The notes: generated by a model from the sequence alone, not told the origin. Positions 18,408 through 28,306 are shown, counted from the first letter of the stretch. The stretch is 64,000 nucleotides of DNA from Alphaproteobacteria bacterium (GCA_964291415.2 OZ219917.1:736001-800000); one strand, 5' to 3'. Program-made: numbers and translations.

Positions 18408-20684
18408 ATGGAACTCGAATTCACCACCCGGACAACATTCGACAAGGTCGGAACCCGTCCGCCCCGGCCCGACGGCACGGACAAGGTCACCGGCCGGGCG
18501 CTCTATGGAGCCGACCTCGCCGGAGCCGACATGCTTGTCGGCAAGGTGCTGCGGAGTCCCCATGCCCACGCCCGAATCCTGGCCATTGACACCTCCAGGG
18601 CCGAGACCCTGCCGGGCGTCAAGGCGATCGTGACCCGCGACGACTTTCCGGACATCGGCCCGGATGGAACGGTGAAGGGAGAGGTCGAGGAGAGCGTTTG
18701 GGACGTGGCCCGCAACGTCATGGCCCGGGACAAGGCGCTCTATGAAGGCCATGCGGTCGCCGCCGTGGCGGCGACATCGACGGCGGTGGCCCGCCAGGCG
18801 CTCAAGCTCATCGACATCACCTGGCAGGTATTGCCCCATGTCACGGATGTCGACGAGGCCATGAGGCCCGGCGCACCCCTGGTGCACGAGGACATGATCA
18901 CGGCCGGCATGGACCCGGCGCCCGAAGAGCCGTCCAACATCGCCGAGTATCGGAAGGTCGAAATGGGCGACATCGAAGCCGGATTCGCCGCGGCCGATGT
19001 CATCGTCGAGCAGACGTTCAGGACCGAGGCAGCCCACCAGGGCTACATCGAGCCCCATGCCTGCGTGGCCTCGGCTTCCGAGGATGGCGTCGCCGAGTTG
19101 TGGTGCTGCACCCAGGGTCACTTCTCCGTCCGAGACATGTGCGCCAACATCCTGGGCATGGATCTGGCAAGCCTGCGCGTGACCTCCTCGGAGATCGGCG
19201 GCGGTTTCGGCGGCAAGACCACCGTCTTTCTCGAGCCCGTGGCTCTCCTGCTGTCGCGCAAGTCCGGCCGGCCGGTGAAGATGACGATGAGCCGTGACGA
19301 GGTTTTCCGTGGATCCGGGCCCACCTCTTCGACGAGCATCACGGCCCGCATCGGCGCCACCCGCGATGGCCGGATCACCGCCTGCGACGCCACCTTCAGA
19401 TACCAGGGAGGCGCATTCCCGGGATCGCCCGTGGGCATCGGAGCCGTGTGCGGCATGGCTGCCTACGACTGTCCGAACGTGGTTCTCCACTGCTATGACG
19501 TGGTGGTGAACCGTCCCAAGGCCGCCGCCTACCGCGCGCCGGGCGCGCCGATGGCTTCCTTCGCCATCGAATCCCTTCTCGATGACATCGCCCGAAAGCT
19601 CGACATCGATCCTGTCGAACTGCGTCTGAGGAACGCCGTGAAGGAAGGCTCGAGCTCCGTCTATGGCCCGACGTTCGGACCCATCGGCTTCGTGGAGTGC
19701 CTCGAGGCGGCGCGGGACCACTCTTCGCTCGAGGCCGTCCCCGGACCCAACCAGGCGAGGGGCATCGCAGCCGGCTTCTGGCCGAACTTCGGCGGCCAGA
19801 CCAGCGTGACGGTCAATGTCAACACCGACGGCACCGTTCTCGTATCGCTGGGCACGCCCGACATCGGCGGCAGCCGCGCCAGCATGTGCCTGATGGCCGC
19901 CGAGGAACTCCAGATTCCCTATGAAAGGGTGAAGGCGATCATCGCCGACACCAGTGCGCTGGGGCACAACGACACCACCGGCGGCAGCCGGGTCACCCAT
20001 TCGGCGGGCCTCGCCACCATCGAGGCATCGCGCAAGGTCATCGATATCATGAAGCAGCGCGCCGCCGCCGTGTGGGACATCGATGTCGACGCCGTGGTCT
20101 GGGACCAGGGGTGCGTGCGTCCTTCAGGCGCAAATGCCGGCGACCACGAGCCGCTGACCTTCGATGCGATTGCCGCCATGGCGTCCGCCACCGGCGGACC
20201 GATCGCCGGCCATGCGGAAATCAATGCCGAGGGTGCCGGCGCGAGCTTTGCCGTGCATGTCTGCGATCTCGAGGTGGACCCGGAAACCGGTCGGGTCACC
20301 GTCCTGCGCTACCTCGCGGTTCAGGATGCCGGCAAGGCCATCCATCCCGACTACGTCGAGGGCCAGTACCAGGGCGGCGTGACTCAGGGCATCGGCTGGG
20401 CTCTCAACGAGGAGTACATCTACGGCGGCGACGGCGTCCTGCAGAACCCGGGTTTTCTCGACTACCGCATTCCCGTTGCGTCCGATCTGCCGATGATCGA
20501 CACCGTGATCGTCGAAGTGCCCAACCCGGGCCACCCCTATGGCGTGCGTGGTGTCGGAGAAACGCCGATCGTGCCGCCACTTGCGGCGGTGGCCAATGCC
20601 GTGTCGCGCGCCATCGACCGACGCATGACCGAGACCCCGATGTCGCCTCCGCGCATCCTTGCGGCCATCGACGGGGCGTCATGA
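18408..20684 (+). CDS. Xanthine dehydrogenase family molybdopterin-binding subunit (not CoxL)
   Basis: KVTG.A.Y, RSPHAHARI, GGGFGGK, AYRAPG and GVRGVGE. Confidence 0.93.
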   Translation: MELEFTTRTTFDKVGTRPPRPDGTDKVTGRALYGADLAGADMLVGKVLRSPHAHARILAIDTSRAETLPGVKAIVTRDDFPDIGPDGTVKGEVEESVWDVARNVMARDKALYEGHAVAAVAATSTAVARQALKLIDITWQVLPHVTDVDEAMRPGAPLVHEDMITAGMDPAPEEPSNIAEYRKVEMGDIEAGFAAADVIVEQTFRTEAAHQGYIEPHACVASASEDGVAELWCCTQGHFSVRDMCANILGMDLASLRVTSSEIGGGFGGKTTVFLEPVALLLSRKSGRPVKMTMSRDEVFRGSGPTSSTSITARIGATRDGRITACDATFRYQGGAFPGSPVGIGAVCGMAAYDCPNVVLHCYDVVVNRPKAAAYRAPGAPMASFAIESLLDDIARKLDIDPVELRLRNAVKEGSSSVYGPTFGPIGFVECLEAARDHSSLEAVPGPNQARGIAAGFWPNFGGQTSVTVNVNTDGTVLVSLGTPDIGGSRASMCLMAAEELQIPYERVKAIIADTSALGHNDTTGGSRVTHSAGLATIEASRKVIDIMKQRAAAVWDIDVDAVVWDQGCVRPSGANAGDHEPLTFDAIAAMASATGGPIAGHAEINAEGAGASFAVHVCDLEVDPETGRVTVLRYLAVQDAGKAIHPDYVEGQYQGGVTQGIGWALNEEYIYGGDGVLQNPGFLDYRIPVASDLPMIDTVIVEVPNPGHPYGVRGVGETPIVPPLAAVANAVSRAIDRRMTETPMSPPRILAAIDGAS

Positions 20685-20926
20685 TCGACGTCCGGCTCGG
20701 TGCAACGCTGCGCTCCATGGCGGGAGGACGGCAGTCGTTCCCGGTCGAGGCCGGCACGGTCAGGCAGGTGCTCGAGCGTCTCCAGGGCGCCTACCCTGAA
20801 CTTTCGCCTGTATTCGATCAGGGCGTGGCGGTTGCCATCGATGGCCGCATCTATCGCGATGCGCTGCTGCAGCCCGTGCCCGATGGTGCGGAGGTCTATC
20901 TCATGCCCCGTGTCGCCGGAGGGTAG
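20681..20926 (+). CDS. MoaD/ThiS ubiquitin-like sulfur carrier
   Basis: 81 aa MIDVRLGATL...VAVAIDG...LMPRVAGG* with C-terminal GG. ATGA overlap with the Mo subunit. Confidence 0.88.
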   Translation: MIDVRLGATLRSMAGGRQSFPVEAGTVRQVLERLQGAYPELSPVFDQGVAVAIDGRIYRDALLQPVPDGAEVYLMPRVAGG

Positions 20927-20928
20927 GC

Positions 20929-21759
20929 ATGGCGGTCCATGATCCGGTCACGCCGGGAGGGGTGGACTCGGTGGAGGCGTTCCGCAGGGATGGTGTCGTC
21001 TGTCTGCGCGGTGTCTTCGCCGAGTGGGTCGACATGCTTCGCCTGGGGATCGAGAAGAACCTCGACGAACCGGGAACGGACGCGAAGCTCTACCGCGACG
21101 AAGCCGGCAGGCTGTTCATGAGCGACTACTGCAATTGGCAGAGAATTGCGGAATACGAGACCTTCGCGCGGCACGGGCCCGGCGCCAGGATCGCGGCCGA
21201 ACTCATGGACTCCGCCACGGTCCGCCTCTTCCACGAGCACGTGCTGGTCAAGGAGGCCGGCGCCGGTCTCGGGACGCCATGGCACCACGACCAGCCCTAC
21301 TATTGCGTCGACGGTCGGCAGAATGTCTCCATGTGGGTGCCGGTGGATCCGGTGGCGCGCGACACCAGCCCGGAGTTCATCGCCGGCTCGCACCGCTGGC
21401 AGCGCACCTTCACGCCCGAGCGGTTCAACGGCCAGCCGCTCTATGGAGATGACGACGACAACGAACCGCTGCCGGATGTCGACGCCGACCGTTCGGCGTT
21501 CGACATCCGGGGCTTCGATCTCGAACCGGGCGACGCCGTCTGCTTCCACTTCCTGACGGTCCATGGCGCGCCGGCCAACCGTTCCCTGGTGACGCCGAGG
21601 CGGGCCATCTCCATGCGATGGATCGGTGACGATGCGCGCTTTGCGGTGCGGCCTGGTCCGACCTCCCCGCCCTTCCAGGGCGTCACCCTCGATCCGGGCG
21701 ACGACATGATCGCGCCCGAGTTCCCGCTCTGCTGGTCCCGGGCGTCGTGCGTCACCTGA
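20929..21759 (+). CDS. Phytanoyl-CoA dioxygenase (PhyH) family Fe(II)/2OG oxygenase
   Basis: TPWHHD (HxD), 'PGDAVCFHFLTVHGA..N' and RRAIS. Confidence 0.9.
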   Translation: MAVHDPVTPGGVDSVEAFRRDGVVCLRGVFAEWVDMLRLGIEKNLDEPGTDAKLYRDEAGRLFMSDYCNWQRIAEYETFARHGPGARIAAELMDSATVRLFHEHVLVKEAGAGLGTPWHHDQPYYCVDGRQNVSMWVPVDPVARDTSPEFIAGSHRWQRTFTPERFNGQPLYGDDDDNEPLPDVDADRSAFDIRGFDLEPGDAVCFHFLTVHGAPANRSLVTPRRAISMRWIGDDARFAVRPGPTSPPFQGVTLDPGDDMIAPEFPLCWSRASCVT

Positions 21760-22757
21760 CCACTGGCTTGAGCCGGACCCGTCTCTTCACGCCCGATGCG
21801 GGCGATACCGCTGCGGCCGTCGGCAACCCCGGGGTCGACGTGGCGGCGACGGTGACACTGATTCTCTGGATGGAAGAAGTGTGCGGCGACCTCCTGCACC
21901 CGGCGCTCGAGGACGGCGAGGCATCCGTTGGCGCGCGGGTCGCCGTCGATCACACCGGCCCCGCCCGGGCGGCACGGCCGGTCACCGTCGAGGCAAGGGT
22001 CGCGGCGGTCGAAGGACGCAGGATCGCCTTTGCCGTGGCCGCCCGCCAGGACGGCCGCGAGGTGATGACAGGGGAGCACCACCGGGTTGTCGTGTCCCTT
22101 GCCCGGTTCCTCGAGGGCGCCTCCCGCGAGGGTTCGGGATCCACGCCTGCGGCAGGTGAACGGGTCTCCTTCTGGTTCGACGTCATCTCCCCCTGGTCCT
22201 ACCTCGCCTCGCTCACCATTGGCCGGCTGGCGCGACGCCGGGGTGTCGGCGTCGACTGGCGTCCGCTCCATCTCGGCAATCTCATGACCGCGGTCGATGG
22301 CATGAGGCCCATGGAACAGAATCCGCGGCGTCGCGCCTGGTATCTCCAGGACATCGAGGATCGCATGGCCGCGGCAGGCCTGCCCTACCATCCGCATGCC
22401 GGGCAGCCGATGAGGCCGTCGCGGGCGCTGCGCTGCATGGCCCATGCCGCCGACTCAGGACTTGCGGAACCCTTCGTGGCGCAGGTGATGCGCGGCTACT
22501 GGGCCGAAGGCGCGGACATCACCGATCCGGATGTTCTCCAGCAGATGGCGGACCGGGTGGATCTCGGTCCCCGGTCCATGGCGGATATCGCTGCCGATCC
22601 CCACTACAAGGAGGTCATTGCCGCCAACACCCGCGATGCTGCCGAGGCCGGCCTCTTCGGCGTTCCCGCCTTCATCTTCCGCGACAAGCTCTATTTCGGC
22701 AGCGACCGCATGGACATGCTCGACGCGGCCATGGCGCTGCCGGCGGTCACGCCATAG
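21747..22757 (+). CDS. Fusion of a fluoroacetyl-CoA-type hotdog thioesterase and a DsbA/HCCA-isomerase (kappa-GST) domain
   Basis: N-half 'V.AT..LI.WME...SVG..V.V.H..PA'; C-half 'FWFDVISPWSYL...W.P..LG...GLFGVP.F....YFG.DR'. Confidence 0.8.
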   Translation: MRHLTTGLSRTRLFTPDAGDTAAAVGNPGVDVAATVTLILWMEEVCGDLLHPALEDGEASVGARVAVDHTGPARAARPVTVEARVAAVEGRRIAFAVAARQDGREVMTGEHHRVVVSLARFLEGASREGSGSTPAAGERVSFWFDVISPWSYLASLTIGRLARRRGVGVDWRPLHLGNLMTAVDGMRPMEQNPRRRAWYLQDIEDRMAAAGLPYHPHAGQPMRPSRALRCMAHAADSGLAEPFVAQVMRGYWAEGADITDPDVLQQMADRVDLGPRSMADIAADPHYKEVIAANTRDAAEAGLFGVPAFIFRDKLYFGSDRMDMLDAAMALPAVTP

Positions 22758-22777
22758 GGCAACACATCACCGGATGC

Positions 22778-23149
22778 TCAGGCCAGGTTCAGTCCGAACG
22801 GGGCAAACCGGTTGAAGTCTCCCGGATTGGAGGTCGCGACGGCCGCACCCTCCGCCAGAGCCGCTGCCGCGATCATGCAATCGATCATTGAGCCCCGCCT
22901 GCGTCCTGCGCCATTGAAGAGCATTGCGGCCATGCCAGCCATCTCTCCGGTGAAGGGGGACAGGCGCTCCACCACGACAGAGGCAGCGGCGCGTACGGCA
23001 TCATCGACGGGGCCGCGCAGAAATTCGGCCCAGGCGATCGTACTCATGACGAGCGACTCGTTTGCCATCAGCCACTCACGGATCTGCGCATCCTCGCGCG
23101 AGCCGCGACGGAGTGCATGGATGAGGAAACTGGTGTCCAGGTGAATCAC
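22778..23149 (-). CDS. vapC: VapC PIN-domain toxin
   Basis: LDTSFLI, AEFL, DCMIAAAA and ATSNPGDF. Confidence 0.88.
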   Translation of the reverse strand: MIHLDTSFLIHALRRGSREDAQIREWLMANESLVMSTIAWAEFLRGPVDDAVRAAASVVVERLSPFTGEMAGMAAMLFNGAGRRRGSMIDCMIAAAALAEGAAVATSNPGDFNRFAPFGLNLA

Positions 23150-23433
23150 TCGAACGTCCGTGGCGTGCCCCGGTTCCCGCTGGCCTTGCGTTCCTGCATG
23201 GCCTCATCCGCCCAGGCGTGTGCCGAATCGTGTTCGAGCGCAAGCATGTCCTGCAGGTGGTCGAGCGCATCAAGCGCTTCGTTGTAATCCAGGCGCACCC
23301 CTGCCGCCGCCGACCGGATGGCGCGGCGCAGTGCCCCGGATTTCGATGTGTTCCAGTGCTTCGCGAGGTTGTCCAGCTGCCGCACGGTGTCGACATCGAG
23401 CGAGTAGGTCGACTTGATGGTCATGGTGGCCAT
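23146..23433 (-). CDS. Ribbon-helix-helix (CopG-like) antitoxin
   Basis: 'KSTYSLD.DTVRQLD.LA..W..SKSGALRRAI'. Overlaps the vapC start. Palindrome TATGGCCATA at 23444-23453 upstream. Confidence 0.78.
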   Translation of the reverse strand: MATMTIKSTYSLDVDTVRQLDNLAKHWNTSKSGALRRAIRSAAAGVRLDYNEALDALDHLQDMLALEHDSAHAWADEAMQERKASGNRGTPRTFE

Positions 23434-23464
23434 AAGTTGAATATATGGCCATAATATTGCCTGG

Positions 23465-23641
23465 TCAACCCACGACTGATGGCGGAAACCCCCGCGCCCG
23501 GCGGACGAACTCGGGCTTGAGCACTGCGCCGTCGTCACAGGTCCCGTATCCCGACTCCGTCCGGGGCGATGCCGGGACCAGCCCGATATCGGCACAATGG
23601 CGCACCGTCTTCACCGGCAGGCCCGCGGCCGTGATGTTCAT
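23465..23641 (-). pseudogene. Degenerate CueR/MerR regulator (HTH remnant)
   Basis: MNITAAGLPVKTVRHCADIGLV...RTESGYGTCDD...FVRRARGF* is an eroded MerR HTH lacking the metal-binding C-terminus. Confidence 0.75.
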
Positions 23642-23651
23642 CGTCAGCTCA

Positions 23652-23682
23652 TTGACTTTCCTGCATCCGGAATCACGATGCT
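23652..23682 (+). promoter_or_regulatory. MerR/CueR-type promoter with 19-bp spacer and CueR-like dyad
   Basis: TTGACT(23652)-19 nt-GATGCT, with ACTTTCC-N7-GGAATCA (23655-23675) resembling ACCTTCC-N7-GGAAGGT. Confidence 0.6.
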
Positions 23683-23689
23683 GACTGAC

Positions 23690-24104
23690 ATGACCGCTGC
23701 AACCGCACTCATTGCCATTGACTGGCACAGTCGCCAGGCCTCGAGGAACACGGCCTGGTGCCTGGTCGGCTGCATCATCGCAGGCATCGGCGCCATCGCC
23801 TTCTTCCGGTTCACCGGAACTCCCTGGTCGACACCGGTGATCATGGGCCTTGCGGTCCTCAATGGCCTTGTGACCCCGATTTCCCTCGAGACCGCCTCCC
23901 TGGCCCGCCAGATGGACCTGAGGACCGGCCGGTCGGCATGTCCTGCATCGCGATGATTGCCGTGGAGACCATGATGAACCGGGTACTGACCGGGGCCCCG
24001 GAGCTGACGTGGCGGGTCTGCCGATCGTGCTGGCCGCGGCATTCGTCACCCCGTTGCCCTACAATTGCTGACGGCTGAAGGCGCTGGGGAAGACATGTCA
24101 CTGA
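23690..24104 (+). pseudogene. DUF4396 membrane protein, frameshifted
   Basis: NTAWCLVGC..G..I...SLET, GMS.I.MIA.E..MN and FVTPLPYN.*RLKALGKTCH* are distributed over different frames with an internal stop. Confidence 0.72.
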
Positions 24105-24520
24105 AACGGTCCGCGATTATCCTGCTTATCCTGGCGGCCACCGTCGGCGTCGCCGGCTATCACCATCTCGGCGAGAGCGACGATTCCGTCGGCAGCGGAC
24201 CGCCGATCGCGGCGGTCAGCGTGCCGGAAGCTCTCTCGGCGCGGGCGCTGGCCGGGCAGAAGTCCTACGAGGCCAACTGCGCCTCCTGCCACGGCCGCAA
24301 CGCGGCGGGACAGCAGGAAATCGCCCCACCGCTGGTCCACATCATCTACGAACCCGGCCATCATGGCGACGAGTCGTTTCAGCGCGCCGTCGCGCTCGGT
24401 GTGCGCGCCCATCACTGGCCATTCGGCGACATGCCACCGGTCGAGGGTCTGAGCCGGAGCGACGTGGCGGAGATCATCGCCTATGTCCGCGAGCTCCAGC
24501 GCGCCAACGGCATCCGTTGA
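24095..24520 (+). CDS. Monoheme c-type cytochrome
   Basis: Signal/TM segment, CASCH, 'PPLVH.IYEP.HHGD.SF..A...GVRAHHW.FG.MP'. Confidence 0.9.
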   Translation: MSLKRSAIILLILAATVGVAGYHHLGESDDSVGSGPPIAAVSVPEALSARALAGQKSYEANCASCHGRNAAGQQEIAPPLVHIIYEPGHHGDESFQRAVALGVRAHHWPFGDMPPVEGLSRSDVAEIIAYVRELQRANGIR

Positions 24521-24592
24521 AGGCGACCCCGACGGCTGGTTGGACCGCACGGTCGGAGACGACGGCACCTCCCCGATCCCGTCCCGACGCGC

Positions 24593-25456
24593 TCAGGAGC
24601 CCGGGGCGCGGCGAGCGAGGATGATCCCGGCAACGGCGATCAGCGTCATGCCGATGGCCACCATGACGGTCGGGACGTCGCCGAAGACGAGGTAGCCCAG
24701 GGCCACCGCCACCAGGAGGGACGAGTACTCGAAGGGGACGACGAAACTCGCCTCTCCCTTGCGGTAGGCGAAGATGATGAGGAAGTGGGCGGAGCCGGCG
24801 AGCAGGCCGGCCAGAACGATGAACCAGAGGTTGATTCCCCCGGCCATCTGCCAGGTGCCGGGGACGACCAGAACCGGCACGAGACCTGTCAGGGCAAAGG
24901 CGACGGTGGTGTAGAAGGCGGTCACCGGCGCCGGCTCCGTCGCCCCCAGGCGTCGCGCCAGCAGCACCGTGACGGCCACCGAGATGGCTGCGCCGATGCC
25001 CCACAGCGCCGCCGGCCTGAAGGCGTCGCTGCCCGGCTGCACGATGACGAGGGCGCCTGCGAAGCCGACGGAGATCGCCGCCCAGCGGATCAGCGAGACC
25101 CGTTCCCCCAGGACGATGCGGCTCAGGATCGCCACGACAAAGGGTGACGAGTAGGTGACGGCGGTGGCATCGGCGATGGGAAGTTCCATGATGGCCCGCA
25201 GGTAGAAGGTGTAGGCCAGTGCCATGGCCATGCCGCGGCAGGCCTGCCCCCAGGGGCGCCGGGTCCTGAGGTATCGCCAGGTGCGGCTGATGGAAAGCGC
25301 GACGAAGACCGGCAGGAACGCGATGCAGCTCCTCAGCAGTATGAAACTGAAGGGGTCCATGTCCTGCGTCACCGTCTTGGCAAGGACGTCGCAGACGGTG
25401 AGCAGACAGACGCCGGCGATCACCGAGGCAATGGCAAGTCCGGGCTGGTCATTCAT
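24593..25456 (-). CDS. DMT/EamA family transporter
   Basis: About 10 hydrophobic segments, 'LGERV...RW.A..VGF.G.L....PG' and 'PFEYS.L'. Confidence 0.9.
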   Translation of the reverse strand: MNDQPGLAIASVIAGVCLLTVCDVLAKTVTQDMDPFSFILLRSCIAFLPVFVALSISRTWRYLRTRRPWGQACRGMAMALAYTFYLRAIMELPIADATAVTYSSPFVVAILSRIVLGERVSLIRWAAISVGFAGALVIVQPGSDAFRPAALWGIGAAISVAVTVLLARRLGATEPAPVTAFYTTVAFALTGLVPVLVVPGTWQMAGGINLWFIVLAGLLAGSAHFLIIFAYRKGEASFVVPFEYSSLLVAVALGYLVFGDVPTVMVAIGMTLIAVAGIILARRAPGS

Positions 25457-25498
25457 GGCAATCGCGGGTGCCGGTAGGGGCAGGCGGTTTAACCTGCC

Positions 25499-25514
25499 TT
25501 GACTTTGTCGACAA
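25499..25514 (+). promoter_or_regulatory. Putative -35 box plus palindromic operator upstream of glnT
   Basis: TTGACT (25499) immediately followed by perfect palindrome TTGTCGACAA (25505-25514), resembling GntR/FCD-type boxes. Confidence 0.4.
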
Positions 25515-25554
25515 TTGCGGGTGTTGTTCCGCAGCCGGTGCTGAGAGAGGGTGT

Positions 25555-26925
25555 GTGAAGAAGTCCGTTTCCCGGTTCCAGACAAGCAGTCTTGATGACC
25601 TGAAATCTGTCCTGGTTGATTCTGGCGTAAGGTTTCTGCTGCCTTCCTACGTCGACATGCACGGCGTGTCGAAGTCGAAGATGGTGCCCATGAGCCACTT
25701 CGACCGGGCCATGGAAGGCTCGGAACTGTGCACCGGTGCGGCGGTGGACGGCGTACCGCAGGACATCAGTGACGAGGAGGTGGCGGCCCATCCGGATCCC
25801 GCCTCGTGCACGATCCAGCCGTGGATGCCCGATGTCGCGTGGTTCGCCAGCAATCTCCACTGTGAGGGAAAACCCTTCGAGCCATGCAGCCGGAACATTC
25901 TCGGCCGTGTCGTCAGCGAGGCCGAATCCCTCGGTCTCGGCATGAATCTCGGTGTCGAGACGGAGTTCTTCGTGTTCCGTGATGATGGTTCGCTGTGCCA
26001 GCCGATGAGTCCGCGGCACAATCTCGACAAGCCCGCCTACGACACCTCGCGACTGCTGGACAACATCGGCTGGATGGGCGAACTCGTCGACGCCATGAAT
26101 GCATTGGGCTGGGACGTTTACAGCTTCGATCACGAAGACGGCATCGGCCAGTTCGAAATCGACTTTTCCTATGCCGACGTCATGACCATGGCCGACCGTG
26201 TCGTCTTCTTCCGCCGCATGGCCAACGAGATCGCGAGGCGCCATGGCGGCTTTGCCTCGTTCATGCCCAAGCCTTTCGGCGACTACGCCGGAAGCGGTGC
26301 GCATTTCAACATGTCGCTATGCGACGCGGCGAGCGATGCCAATCTGTTTGTTGCGGACGATGACCCGAGGGATTGCGGTCTTTCCGCGCTAGGCTATCAC
26401 TTCGTTGCCGGGTTGCTGCGCCACCTGCCCGCCATATCGGCGGTCGTGGCGCCGACGGTCAACAGCTACAAGCGTCTCATCCTCAAGGGCAGCAATTCGG
26501 GGTTCACCTGGGCGCCCGTCTTCTGTTCGTACGGCAACAACAACCGCACCAACACCATCCGCATTCCCGGTGGCGGAGGGCGCGTCGAACTGCGCCTCGC
26601 CGACTCGTCCGGCAATCCCTATCTTGGCGCCGCCATGGTGTTGGCGGCTGGCCTCGAGGGCATTCGCGAGGAACTCGATCCCGGTGAGCCGCACCGCGAG
26701 AATCTCTATGTCACCACCGAGGACGAGCGTCGCAAGACCGGCGTCGACACCCTGCCGCGCACGCTTGGCGAGGCTCTTGATGCCTTTGCGTCGAGCGACT
26801 TGGCGCGCAGGACATTCGGAGAAACCATGTTCGGGGCCTGGCTCGCGTACAAGCGGGACGAGTGGCTGGCCTATCTCAACCATGTCAGCGAGTGGGAGCG
26901 CGACCGGTACCTGCGCTTCTTCTGA
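25555..26925 (+). CDS. glnT: Type III glutamate-ammonia ligase (GlnT/gamma-glutamylamide synthetase-like)
   Basis: GVETEFF, DHEDG.GQFE, FMPKPF...GSGAHFN, PTVNSYKRL, YGNNNRT, RVELR and NPYL. Confidence 0.88.
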   Translation: MKKSVSRFQTSSLDDLKSVLVDSGVRFLLPSYVDMHGVSKSKMVPMSHFDRAMEGSELCTGAAVDGVPQDISDEEVAAHPDPASCTIQPWMPDVAWFASNLHCEGKPFEPCSRNILGRVVSEAESLGLGMNLGVETEFFVFRDDGSLCQPMSPRHNLDKPAYDTSRLLDNIGWMGELVDAMNALGWDVYSFDHEDGIGQFEIDFSYADVMTMADRVVFFRRMANEIARRHGGFASFMPKPFGDYAGSGAHFNMSLCDAASDANLFVADDDPRDCGLSALGYHFVAGLLRHLPAISAVVAPTVNSYKRLILKGSNSGFTWAPVFCSYGNNNRTNTIRIPGGGGRVELRLADSSGNPYLGAAMVLAAGLEGIREELDPGEPHRENLYVTTEDERRKTGVDTLPRTLGEALDAFASSDLARRTFGETMFGAWLAYKRDEWLAYLNHVSEWERDRYLRFF

Positions 26926-27004
26926 CGTCCGCGGCCCGGCGGCCGGCTAATCCGAGGAGGAGCCGGAAAGGGAGCATTCAACACTGCAAAGAGGGTTCAA
27001 CTAC

Positions 27005-28306
27005 ATGACTCCTGAAGAACTTCAAGCGGCAGTCGAGTGGTCGACGAAGATCAGTGCCGAAGGGTACTACTGGTGGTCGATCGGTCTCATGGTCGCCATT
27101 CATGCGGGATTCCTGATGTACGAGATGGGAGCCTCCCGGGTGAAGAACACACTGGCGTCGGGATGCAAGAACATTCTCGCCTTCGCCTTCATCATTCCGA
27201 CGATGTTCATGTTCGGCTGGTGGGTCTATCTCGCCTTCCCGCACGGCATCGTCCCCAACATGGAGTACGGATTGTTCGGGGAACCGTGGAACGAGTTCAT
27301 GGGCCCCAATCTCTCCGACAACATCACCGGTGTCATCTGGGGTGCCTTTGTGCTGTTCTCGGCCACCACCGCCTCGATCATGTCCGGCTCCGTCATCGAA
27401 CGCATCCGCATGGGATCGTTCATCATCCTCGCCGTGGCCCTGGGCTCCTTCGCCTGGCTGATTGGCGCCTCGTGGGGATGGCATCCGGAAGGCTGGCTGG
27501 TTACCGAATTCGGTTACCATGATGTCGGTGCGTCCGGCGTGGTGCACATCATCTCCGGCTTCTTCGCGCTTGGCGTGCTGATCAACCTCGGTCCGCGTAT
27601 CGGCAAGTTCGGTCCCAATGGCGAGATCAACAATCTCCAGGGCCACAGCGTGCCGATGACGATTGCCGGCCTGATGATCATCATCATCGGTTTCGTTGGC
27701 TTCATGGGCGCCTGCCTGCTCTACAACGGCACCGGCCAATGGGGGAACATCTATGGTGGCCCGACGACGCTTTCGGCGTGGTCGTTCAACCTTCTGATGA
27801 GCTTTGGTGGCGGAATCATCGGCGCCTACGCGGTCACCCGTGATCCATTCTGGATGATGTCGGGGGCGCTCGGCGGCATCTTTGCGGCCGCTGCCGGTCT
27901 CGATCTCTACTATCCACCACTCGCTTTCGCCCTCGGCTTTGCCGGCGGTGTGCTGATTCCCTATGGCCAGCGCTTCCTCGAGAAGTTGCGCATCGACGAC
28001 GCGGTCGGCGCCGTGTCGGTGCACGGTTTCTGCGGAATCCTCGGTGTGCTGGCGTGCGGCATCTTCCTCGACGGCTATCCGGCCGTCTCGGAGTCCATAC
28101 CGGGCATCACCTTCTGGGGTCAGCTTGTCGGTTGCGTGGTCATGATCCTCATCGGCTTCGTGCCGGGTTACGTGCTGTCGCTGATTCTCAAGATGCTGGG
28201 CATTCTGCGTGCAAGCGACGAAATCCAGCAGGTCGGAATGGATCTGGAGATTCCGTCTCCTGCCTATCCCGAGCAGATCACCTCACACCTTCACTGGCGC
28301 GGCTGA
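27005..28306 (+). CDS. amt: Ammonium/methylamine transporter (Amt family)
   Basis: AGFLMYE.G..R.KN, SGSVIER, WGW...GWL, D.G.SGVVH and DDAVGAVSVHG (twin His). Confidence 0.92.
   Translation: MTPEELQAAVEWSTKISAEGYYWWSIGLMVAIHAGFLMYEMGASRVKNTLASGCKNILAFAFIIPTMFMFGWWVYLAFPHGIVPNMEYGLFGEPWNEFMGPNLSDNITGVIWGAFVLFSATTASIMSGSVIERIRMGSFIILAVALGSFAWLIGASWGWHPEGWLVTEFGYHDVGASGVVHIISGFFALGVLINLGPRIGKFGPNGEINNLQGHSVPMTIAGLMIIIIGFVGFMGACLLYNGTGQWGNIYGGPTTLSAWSFNLLMSFGGGIIGAYAVTRDPFWMMSGALGGIFAAAAGLDLYYPPLAFALGFAGGVLIPYGQRFLEKLRIDDAVGAVSVHGFCGILGVLACGIFLDGYPAVSESIPGITFWGQLVGCVVMILIGFVPGYVLSLILKMLGILRASDEIQQVGMDLEIPSPAYPEQITSHLHWRG

Noticed and set aside
17065-20684. Aerobic CO dehydrogenase (coxMSL order)
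   Set aside because: The large subunit has AYRAPG rather than AYxCSFR (form I) or AYxGAGR (form II), and no cox accessory genes are present.
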